From NCBI GenBank assembly GCA_047967505.1, contig CM106538.1: a DNA stretch of 64,000 nt, one strand, 5' to 3'. The position numbers and the translations under genes were made by a program. This document shows positions 37,367-48,260 of this stretch, piece by piece (position 1 is the stretch's first letter; each line of letters opens with the position of its first letter). Source of the stretch: Dipteris shenzhenensis (lineage: Eukaryota). The notes beneath the pieces were generated by a model. That model was not told where the DNA came from. It ran no database searches and worked only from the letters and a program-made list of their open reading frames with translations.

Positions 37367-38039
37367 GTGTGTGTGTGTGTGTGTGTCTGTGTGTAGATAG
37401 ATATATATAAAAGCAAGAATTTAGTCAATAGTCACATGGGGGTCTTAGCTGCACCCAGTGCAAAAGGCTCTGCTAGGGTTTTGTAACCCACTTCCGTTAT
37501 GTAGTCCAAAGGGAGGTAGGGAGTCGTGGGGCTTTCAGATGTGACCGATTTCACGTCAGTTGGGTTACCAAAATCCAAGTTATTAAATGTGTGCTCAGGT
37601 GGTCATGTTCTCATAGGGGATAGAGCGATTAGGAAGTAAAGGCTAAGGTGTAATGTAAATAAGGAAAATGGAAGGGTCTAGAGTCTATTGGATAAGGTGG
37701 CAAGGAGATTTCTAGGAGAAAAGGAAATTCGAGATAAGGGAGAGGTGCCATGGGGTAGGGGGACAACACAGATTGAAGATGGTAGTATGGAACTGCAATG
37801 GCACCCTATGGTCCAATCCAAGGGTTTCTCAGAGACTTACACCCCGACAGAGAGATGATATTCTACAACAAGACACATGAGAGTCTAAAGAGGGAACCAC
37901 CCATAGTCACAGGATACACTTGGGAGTCAACCTACAAACAAGAGACGGGGAGGGATACTGGAGAGTCAAGTTCTAGAGGAAGAGCAGTTCTTTTCATAAC
38001 GCACCTAAGACCGCTTATCTCTGGAACGCAGAAGGAGGA

Positions 38040-38600
38040 GCATGCACAACATATGTATTGCCATCCAACGGCAAATTCCAACACTTGAAGAACTTCAGTC
38101 AGTTTTACTTGGTGAAGAACTCAAGACGCAAGCCATTCACGCACACAAAGGTCATTCCAATGATCAAGCATTCACAATTTCAGATAGAAGCAGAGGCAGA
38201 GGCAGAGGTAGATCATTCCAGCAAAGTGGTCATCATCAACAACAAAATTAGCATTGAAGTCAGAATCAGCATCAGCATCATCCTCAACAACATCAGCATC
38301 AGCAAAGAGGAAATCATTCCAATCAAGGAAGATTCCAAGGGCGAGAGAATGCATCCACCAACATATCAAACATTCAGTGCAATTATTGTCATAAGTTTGG
38401 ACACCATCAAAGAGATTGCCGCACGAAGCAATACGACCAAGGCGGTCAATCCAATAGCAATCAAGGGAGTTTCAAGGAAGAAGAAATCATCGTGGTGGAC
38501 ATTCAAGTCGCAGTCATTATGCTAATGAACCTGAGAACATGTTTCTTGCAAGGGAGGAAATGCAAAAGATTGACACAGTATATCTTGACATTGATTGCAA
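38040..38600 (+). mobile_element. Copia-type gag fragment with zinc knuckle
   Basis: PTLEELQSVLLGEE, RGRGRG, QCNYCHKFGHHQRDC. Confidence 0.7.
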
Positions 38601-38629
38601 TTCGAAAGGGGAATGCAGTTATCAAGTCG

Positions 38630-39848
38630 ACCAAGGAACAGCCAAGGTATACAAATGGACCGTCTCCCTTCTTTCGGTGCAGCTTGGATGCCCCTGACTC
38701 CTTCGTCCCATGGGATGAGATCAACTACATTATACAATTGGACCTACTCCAGCTTTACACATCACGGACTTGAGGAGGAACCAGGAGTTCCCAACCAAGA
38801 TCTAGTTCTCCCGTGACCACTTCTATCAAAGGATGGAGTGATTATCAGACCCCATTCTAGAGGACATGCGATCTCATGCGCCCTCCGAATTGCCGTCCAA
38901 CTCGTCCCATCAGCTGAGAATCGAGGCAGGGAGAGCCACAAGTACGCCTAAAGAGCAATAAATTTGCAAATTATGCATGTTGGGGGAGGTAGAGACAAGG
39001 GAGCATTTCTTATGTAACTTGCCAAATTTACTATGAGATCCGAGGACGATATCACTGTCTCTTTCAAGAGGGACACAGTTTTGGGCCTCTCTCCCGGTGG
39101 ATTCAATTCTAGGACCAGGTCTACGTTGGCCTCTATCACAAGGAGATGAAACTATGTAGAGAGACCCTTTTGCGCTAGATCAAACTACAAGAGGGGATAG
39201 CACCACGGGAGCCAAGGATGGATCGAGCTCAGCAACACGTCACAAATTTCTATGCATTCGAGTCTGTCCCTAGGCATGGTGGAATAGAGGAGGAGATAGA
39301 TGAGATGAGGATAGCATGGGTCGGTAGCATGGGTCGGTGGGATGAGACAACGACAAGGAGGGTTGCAGCCACGCATGAAGGACCACATAGGATGTAGAGA
39401 CAGATCAGAGCACACACGAAGGAGGTTTAGGAGCCACGCATGAAGGACCACATAGGATGCAAAGACGGATCAGAGCACACACGAGGGAGGTTCAGGCCAT
39501 CATAGCTCTACTCGAAGATCGCCTCAACAGAGGCATCACCCTAATATGGCCCATCCGATACAGAGGTCATATAGACCCCGCTTCCACCACAGCAACAACA
39601 TACAACCTGGCACACAGATATGAGATATTTTTGCAGCTCACAAGAGAGCCACCATGGCACCTAGCTATGTGTTTTAGCTCTAAGATTGAGTTTTAGCTTT
39701 TAGCTTTGAGCTTTGAGCTTAGTTTAATATAGTACTCAGCAAAGGGCCTTAGTGAGCCCTTTGCCTCAGCTCACAATGGCTTGTATGAGTTACTCTCAAA
39801 TTGTATGTTGTTTCATAGGCCCACGAGGCCTCCCAAAGACGGTAATCA

Positions 39849-39880
<32 letters not shown>
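38630..39880 (+). mobile_element. RTE-like LINE 3' fragment with hairpin and (TC)n tail
   Basis: MDRLPSF, HQLRIEAGR, YYEIRGRYHCL; hairpin at 39810-39840. Confidence 0.85.
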
Positions 39881-39883
<3 letters not shown>

Positions 39884-40768
39884 AGGCATTTAGGAATTAA
39901 GTCCACCACACCATACTCAATCATGCTTCTTGAAACTGGTTGCAGACCCATTGAGCTGAGAGCACTAGAAAGAGTCTTCAAATATATAAAGAGGATTCAA
40001 GATATGCAAGCACATAGGCTACCAAAGAGAGCATGGGAGGCAAGCAAGAGACCTCAAAAAACAAACAAGAGCAAGATGCTATCATCTGGATGGGGGTATG
40101 ACATTAAAGGCTGGTTCCAAAGATGGGAAGTTGATTCTTACCTAGATGCAATGCCAAGGGAAGAGGAGAAAAGGACATTTTCTACAGCCCTTTTAGAAGC
40201 ACTACACGGTAAATGGCAATCAGCGAAGAAAAGGACCAAATATAAATATTATTGTGAGAATATCAACCCCAACTATTGGACGACATACTCTCAGAAAGAG
40301 AACAAAGCACACAAATATATATGCACACCTATCTCTCTCAGGGCAAGAAGAAGCATCGCAATCATCCGAACTCGATCACACTCCCTAGAAGTGGAGAAAA
40401 AAGCATGGGAAGGAGTATCAAGGGAACAAAGAGTCTGCCAGCTATGCAACTTAGATGAAGTGGAAAATGAGGCACATGTTCTTTTGACATGTCCGCGATA
40501 TGAGCATCTAAGAGAAGATTTCAGCAATGTCACGCAGCATCACAACAGTTTGTAGAGCTTGCTTTCCCATCCTCACCTCGCAGCCTTGGGCAATTACATT
40601 ACCAAGGTCCTTGCATACCGTGACCAATGTATTACACAGGTAGCAACATGCTAGCTGTCCACTCCACCCTTCTTCAAAGAAGGAGACTTTTTGTAACATT
40701 CCATTGGGTCCCATGGGTCGATTTCAGGCCCCCAGAGGACGATAATAATAGTTTCTTTCTTTCTTTCT

Positions 40769-40815
<47 letters not shown>
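39881..40815 (+). mobile_element. RTE-like LINE 3' fragment starting directly in the preceding (TC)n tail
   Basis: LGIKSTTP..LLETG, HSLEVEK..VCQLC..NEAHVLLTCPRY; hairpin at 40708-40740; same subfamily as 25903-26664. Confidence 0.88.
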
Positions 40816-40818
<3 letters not shown>

Positions 40819-40919
40819 CGTGCCCCACAAGGGATGCTGCCCCAAAGCCCCTAGTTCGATGACAAGTGCAGAGAGATGAGAACTCACCTCAAACGTGAGG
40901 AAGCATACATATGGTTTGG

Positions 40920-41980
40920 CACACATATGCACACTCCTTCTATAATGTCCCTCGTCAGACCCCACCTCATATGTCCACTATGCCCAGGCCCACTACGTGT
41001 CACATGTTTACTGCACAGAATGTACGAGCTGCCCTTCTCCGGCTTCATAACCGGAGATCCCCAGATCATGAGGGATTATGCATTGAGCACTTTGCACATG
41101 GGCAAGAGTTCTTGACCCCAATTCTAGCGCAGCTGTTCAATCATGCCGTATGCTATGGTTTCCCGCCTACCTGGAGCACCACCACCATAGTCCCGATATA
41201 CAAGGTAAGCGATCCCATGGACACTGGGAACTACCGTACTCTTATGATTGGCCGCACTCTGGCTAAGATATACGGGTCGGTAGAGAGGAAGATCAACAGT
41301 CACACAAAGGGTCATGGGCAGCATCAGGCTCTTGGGCAGGCAGGCTTTTGGAAACATCAATCCACCCTAAACCACATCTTCACCTTGAGGGCTATCGTTG
41401 AGGAGGCGAAGTCGAAGCACCAAAAAGTCTACACTTGCTTTATAGACTTTCGTAAGGCTTTTGATATCAGGAGATTGTAGGAGTTGCAACTCCTAGAGAT
41501 CATGATTTGGGGGGGTGATGAGCCTATATGAGTCCATAGGATGGAGCATACGTGCCCCGAGAGGTCTATCAGATTGGGTCGATAGCACTATCGCAGTGAA
41601 ACAAGGCCGTCCCCTATCACCGACTCTTTTTGGGCTCTATATTGATGAGATTACACCTTTTGTAGAACGACTATGTCGACTTCTGGCTGACCTAATGATG
41701 CAAATACTGTTGTACACCCGTAGACGACATAGTCCTCATATCATCATCAACAGAGGGATTGCAGAAACATTTAGAAGCTCTGGAGATGTTCTACACAGAG
41801 AGAGACATGATAGTTAACCTTGGGAAGACCAAGGTTATGATCTTAAACGCCTCACAAGCAGTATCCCGTCGCCAGAATTTCACGTATCGAGGTGAGCCAC
41901 TTAAGATAGTGCAATCTTACACATATTTGGGGGCAGTGTTCATCGGACAAGTTTTCACGATGACCTATGCAGCTACACCA
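40920..41980 (+). mobile_element. RTE-like LINE RT fragment
   Basis: NYRTLMI, QAGF, CFIDFRKAFD, VKQGRPLSPTLFGLYID, VNLGKTKVM, YTYLG. Confidence 0.88.
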
Positions 41981-42509
41981 TGACTCACACGAAGGAGGCA
42001 AAAAGGCTATGGAGGACCTTCACTCAGCCCACCAGGTTGAGATTCAGAGGACAAAAACAATGCTAACCATTTGGTGGCAGTGTTACAAAGTCACATATAT
42101 TCTGTGGAACAAAGTCAGAGGCAGCTTCTCTAGGAGAAAGACAATCTCCAAATTTCACATTCCAGGTTGCAAGAAGATATTCATGGGCTACAAACTAAAA
42201 CTTCTACTCTCATATCTAAAAATGATCATTAGAGGTCTCGCTACCATCGATACAAGTCAAAGTATGAAGACATGCGCAACCTCATGGACACGGTTAAGGA
42301 GGAGGCGAAGACCAATCCCGAGACCTCCACACACACACCACCCCGCCCCCTACCTAACTTTTATCCAGCAAGCAGTGGCTCCTAGATCTCTCACTTTTGC
42401 ATTTCTTTTGTTTAGCTCCGTGCATCCCGGATCCAACAGTTTTGATGTACTTTCTTTTATTCTACTTCACAGTGCATAGACCATGATGTGTGGTATGTAG
42501 ATGATGGAT

Positions 42510-42660
42510 ACTCTGGAGATGTATGGCTACGAGCTATTTTTGTTTTAGCTTTGGAGATGTAAGGCCACGAGCCATTTTTATTTCAGTTTTGGAGATGTAA
42601 GGACATGAGCCATTTTTATTTCAATTTTAGGGATGTAAGGCTCAAAGCCATTTTTATTTG
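42510..42660 (+). repeat. About 4 degenerate tandem units of about 38 bp
   Basis: GGAGATGTAAGGCCACGAGCCATTTTTATTT recurs head-to-tail. Confidence 0.75.
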
Positions 42661-42759
42661 AACAATCTATACTTGTAGTTTTATAACATAGAACCTCGAT
42701 TATTAACCGGTATAGTGAATGATAGTAGCAGGGGAACTGTTGCACCTTACTGGTCGGCG

Positions 42760-43030
42760 GACCTTGGTCACCAAGAATCAGTAAGAGTCACACCTTGTTC
42801 ACACCTGGGTCACATCTTGGTCACCGAAGCAACATGCCAAGGATGGTTAGACCTTGGTCACACTATGGATGGATAGACCTTGGTCACATTGTAGTCAGAC
42901 CATGGTCACACTATGTACCAGACTGGAGGAGTACATGACTTGGACATGACTGGAGCAATACATGACTAGAGCAGTACATGACTAGAGGAGTACAAGACTG
43001 GGCATGCCAAGCCTGGACAGACCTTGGTCA
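42760..43030 (+). repeat. Cluster of short CCTTGGTCAC and CATGACT motifs (LTR-element-like internal repeats)
   Basis: CTTGGTCA occurs repeatedly between 42763 and 43065. Confidence 0.6.
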
Positions 43031-43869
43031 AAGCTGATCTGCCCTCGGTCATCCGCCCTTGGTCAGAGTGAAGTGCCGGCGCACTGGCGCACTGGACTGT
43101 AGCAGTTAAGAGAGCACACGTGGTACACATGTTGGTGCACATGGGAAGTAGTCCAGCAATTAAGGAGCATAGGTGGTGCACCACCCCTCGCCACCAACTA
43201 GTGTCAAGTGCACATGGAATAGACAGGAGTACACATGGAGTACTTTACTCATTGACTCGGAGGAGGTTGGGGAGTTGCAGAAGCCATCAATGGACGAAGC
43301 GGCGGAACGGCTAAGGAGACAGGAAGACAACCAATAGGAAGGAGGGAAGGGATTTCCAGCGACAAGGAGCCGATGAGGGGAAGGTGAAGAGGGCAAAGGA
43401 GGGAGGAGGGGGGCGTTCCAGCGGAGGTGCATTCCAGCATAGGCGCATAGGGCGTGAGTGAGAGAGAAAGACTAGAGTCAAGAGCTTGCCTAGTGTGTAT
43501 CTTCTCTTGGTGTATGAGTCATCTGGTGTAACTCTCATGAGTGCATGATTAGTGCATGATTCATTCCTTTTAAGGAACTATGCTTCTTCCCATCTCTGCT
43601 CACATCTCTTCCCATTGTGTTCTCCTCCCGTCCTCTCCCTTCGCCTGGTATAACGAACCCTATGTCATGTGGCTCGAGTTATGTTCCATCCATGTCGACG
43701 GTTAGCTCTTGTGATTTTGTTCCGCTTAGTCTCTCTCTTGCTCACATCACTCCTACACTTATATCGATCACACATCGTTGACACCATCAACCAGCACTCG
43801 CTCCGCACACCATCCGTCACACCCATGGCACTGCTTGCTCCTTGCACCAGTGGCTCTAGGCCTCCAGTA

Positions 43870-44400
43870 ATACTTCTGGAAATCATAGGAACCCCCCCAC
43901 CCTCAGACATGGCAGCATGGACCATTGAGACGAGACGAGGACGAGGGGAGACACAACCAGGGACACAGGAGCCACCCATGATGCAGCGACAGACTAGAGC
44001 ATGTGTGATGGAGGTTCAGCCTCTTACTGTTCTACCGGCCAACCACAGGTGTTACTATTGATATGGCCCACAGGATATAGAAAGCTTGGAGACCACGCCC
44101 TCCACCGCAGCGTGAGACGGCCAGACAGACAGAGATACGAGACATCCTTGCACCTCACAGGAGAGCCACCATGGCACCTGGATATGTCTTCTGATTTCCT
44201 ATTTGAGATTGATTGAGTACAGCTATAGGTCATTATTTCTAGATTTGGAGTTTACATGTTTTGTATCTCTGATTTTAGTATAGTACCAGCAAAGGGTCTT
44301 AGTGTGCCCTTTGCCTCAGCCCTTGGTGGCTCGTATGAGTATGTGTCACATTCTATTCTGTACTTTGTCTCATAGGCCCGTGAGGCCTCTTGAAGACATT

Positions 44401-44470
<70 letters not shown>
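43870..44470 (+). mobile_element. RTE-like LINE 3' end with hairpins and (TC)n tail
   Basis: Homologous to 39500-39880; hairpin at 44367-44397. Confidence 0.8.
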
Positions 44471-44471
<1 letters not shown>

Positions 44472-47400
44472 GACATGCAGATATGTATATATAAGCATAC
44501 AGATACATATATTGGTTTTCTTTGTTTCTTTTTCTTTTTGTTTTGGGAGGGGAGGGGGGCGGCGGGCGGGTGCAGCAGGCAGTTGGCCCATGCACATTTG
44601 CGCATTTCCAGTCTTGTGTATAGGATTCTTTTTGTTTCTTGAGAGAGCAACAGGGTGGACAATAAAAGGAGGGGACAATAAATACTGCCAGAGAACGAAT
44701 ACAGGGTGACAAGGGAGAGGTTCATACTGCGAGACAATGAAATACTCAATAAGCTTAGAGCGCTGATCCTTGACTTTCCAGAGATATCTGCTTCTAGCTG
44801 AGCCTGCCATACAAATGTCCCTTTGAGTGAGGTTCAATAAACAATTCCACAAGACTAAACAGTTCAGACAAATTTGAACCATATAAAAATTGAGGTCCTT
44901 TGGAGCATCGAAATAGAATTTATGATTACTTTGAGTGGAAGTAACCGTCTTGAAATCTGAGACTGTAAGAGATGCATAATTTGGGAAATGCTCTGTGCAG
45001 TATCACTGCATCTGCGATGATATACGCCTTCGATAGCCTAAAGACACAGCACATTCCCATCTCTCTTAAAAAATGCCTTTGTTCCTCAGCTGTTTCACAA
45101 AACATAACATGACTGAACCTACATGCTCCAAGCCGAATCAGTCCAAACAAAATGAAATGTTCGAACTGCTTTGAGTTTTACCTGTGTTTCAAAAAACACT
45201 AGAAAAGAAAAAGCTTTAAAATGACAGTACAGACTTGTAGAGATCCAGCATAGACTTGAAACATTATATACTAAAACCTGTGTAAGGATTTTGATTTTGC
45301 ATTGTAGTATGCTATATTCTTTGCAAAAACAATATTCATGTTTCATTTCAACAGGTAGAAATCAACCCTCACATATTTGAAAATCATAGCTCACAAAAAA
45401 TGTACCCCAACTTGAAGACTCAGAGAAGGTAGATATGTCGGAAAAAACTACAAATCCCGAGCAGGACCTTGCCTTACACTATGAGGCCAGAACTAAACAT
45501 TGAGACACGCTCAAATCAAGGTACTTGTGTGCTCTGCAGGCAACATCATCTAGGAACCTCTAGCGTTTGTGTCTGTGTAGATCTCCCTACATGCTCATTT
45601 TATTGATCGATGCTCATATTCTCTCAGATTGTCTGAGGAACCCTTGGAAAAAAATTTAAGCATATGTCAATGTTGACTCCCACACTGAAGACCTGTGTCA
45701 TGCATTCATCACATCTCTGCAATGACTTTTCTTGAAACTATTAACTTCTTGTGAGTAGTGCCTCCTCTACTTCTGACTCAAGTGCATGCAATTATAATTT
45801 GCTGCAAGGTCATTCCATTAGCCTATTAAACCTTAAAGATGTTGTTTATCATTTATATCTCCTTTGTGAATTGTAGCAGCCCATATCAAAGGATTCCTTC
45901 TCATCTTGAATTCATTGCACCTCTTTTGGTCTAAAATGCTTGAGCCCTTGAGCGATTGTGTTTTCATTAAGGATAGATGCTCTGAATCCCCAGAGCTCCC
46001 CTCCGTGTTCTGTACTCAGATTAATGTAGCATCGTTCTTCTTTTCTCACACGTTGTGGACCTGATTGGCCAGAAATAGTCTTCCTCAACCCCATCTCTTA
46101 GGCTCTTTGTAGAATTTGAGAGAAGCATCATGCTCTAATCTTTATTTCTCTTTGTTCACTTTCTCAGATGAGCTAGAGCAAAAATGAGAAGCGTAACAGA
46201 TAAGAAAATAAACAGATATGACAACTACTGTCTCATACTAAATCTGTTCACAATCCAACCAGCTGCTTTCGGGGCTGTGGGCTTACAGGGTGATGATTTG
46301 AGAGGTCACAGATCATGATGCTTGCACGCCTCATGTGAGGTTACTTTGTAAGACTGGAAACATTCTCTTCTTATGAAGGTATGCATTCTTGTTCTTCATT
46401 GCAGCACTCTCTCTCCAGCCTGACCAATCAATTGAGCAGCTGCTTTTATGGTGAAATTGGGCCTTGAAAGGCTGCACTCCAAGTTGACGTGTGATCCAAC
46501 AGCAATCTCCACCTTGTTTCTTGCTAGACTAAATCACAGATGGCATAGTCGATACTCTTTAGCATTTTTAATGCCCTGGTTACTGTGGAATGCCTGACAT
46601 CCCACCGTAGGCCATTTATTCTGCCTGTAATTAGCACTATACCATCTGTGTATAGCAAGATAAGAACGAAATTCTACGCTACTGCCAATCTGTTCACAAA
46701 GAATACTAACTCACCAATGCTAGGACTGCAAGCCATATATGGTGCCGATGTCATAAATAGTGAAAGTTATCTCTTGGTAAAAGTTGTCTCACTACTAAAG
46801 ATGAGTAGTAGTAGCTATAAGCTCTACTTGAGGACTAAAAGCACTTCCTAGCTTCTATTGAATACTGCTCTTTATGTACCTGATTGCCGCCTATTCTCCT
46901 CAAGTACCTCCTAGCTCTCCTCCTAGCTATTTGACATAAATCCTCTTTCCACACACATTAAGACCCTATAATACAACAACACTTTGCTTCTCAAACGAAA
47001 GAGTCCCACTATGATCACCAAGAATATTTACGATGGAATGGGTGCTCTATAGGATGTACTACAGGCTCAAAAAGATCTATTAATGTTTCCAAGTATTTGC
47101 CCAAAGATATAGAAGGATCAAATAGTAATACCTAGCCAAGAGAGAGTCTCACACTATGCAAAGAATACAACAATCTACAACGCATAACAATCTACAATGC
47201 CATAAGAAGCCAAAGCGCAATAGGGAACAACAGACTGGTACTTGATTGCTATTTAACAAGAGGCACGAGGTGCCGAGAGCACTGCCCTTAAACTACTAGA
47301 CTGTCGCCCAATGTGGAGCTCGCGCCTGATCTATTTAACACAAGCATTAGCAATAGCAGCCAGCAACAACAACATTAACAATCTCAGCTGCACCGGACAA

Positions 47401-47599
47401 GCTCTAAATCTGTTCTTTATGCAGTTCCTCCCCCACCGGGCTTGATGAATCATCCCGGGATTGAGTAAGTCATTTGAATCAGGAAAGCTAACATATACAG
47501 TGACGAGTTGGGCCTGCGAGAAATTCCCACTAACCCAAAAAATTTAGCTTAGACTGGAACAAACACCCTCGGACGACTCTTGATTAGAACTACTGCTCC

Positions 47600-48087
47600 G
47601 AGTACATTTTCTCCGAATCCAAGACTCGTCCCATGCACAAGACTGGATTTCTTGATCTCTGCAGAAAGAAAGTCGACTCCATCAATTTCTACAGCGAGCA
47701 GATAGAGAAATTGACTCCTGCTCACACCATGGAGCAGCTCTGGTCTTCTTCAACAGTTGCTCTGCTGCAACCAGTGCTGCACAGGCAAAGCATAGCGAGT
47801 ATGCCACCTGTTGGACTGTGATGCCTACTCCTAAACCTGGCGATGTAGTGTGGGGGAACTTGCCTATCCCGTTCACACAGAGGTTGGTTCGGCAAATCGC
47901 TCTTTACGGCATCGTCTTCCTCACCATCTGCTTCAACCTGATCCCCACCGCCTTGATCTCCGCCATCATCTCCCTCCATAACCTTGAGAAGAAACTCCCA
48001 TTCCTCAAACCTATCGTCAAGCAGCCGGAGCTCAACGCTATCTTTCAGACTGACTTGCCCAAGATAGTACTCATTCTTCCACGTTAA
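47600..48087 (+). pseudogene. ERD4: Fragment of an ERD4/OSCA3 (CSC1-like) mechanosensitive channel gene, with internal deletion
   Basis: RPMHKTGFL..KKVDSINFY, AALVFFNS..A.SAAQ..H, WTV.PTPKP.DVVWGNL, LIPTALISAIISLHNLEKKLPFLKP, LPKIVL match the ERD4 family. Confidence 0.8.
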
Positions 48088-48260
48088 CAAGAATGCTAAT
48101 TTTGTAGACGCTCCACCAATGAAAGAAGAAACTCCCATTCCTCAAACCTATCGTCAAGTAGCCGGAGCTCAACGCTATCTTTCAGACTTACTTGCCCAAG
48201 ATAGTACTCATTCTTCCACGTTAACAAGAATGCTAATTTTGTAGACGCTCCACCAATGAA
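47987..48260 (+). repeat. 137-bp tandem duplication spanning the ERD4/TolB-like junction
   Basis: AGAAGAAACTCCCATTCC...CACCAATGAA starts at both 47987 and 48124. Confidence 0.92.

Noticed and set aside
42510-42660. CRISPR-like periodic repeats (also 4189-4350)
   Set aside because: Head-to-tail degenerate units without unique spacers, no cas genes, eukaryotic context.
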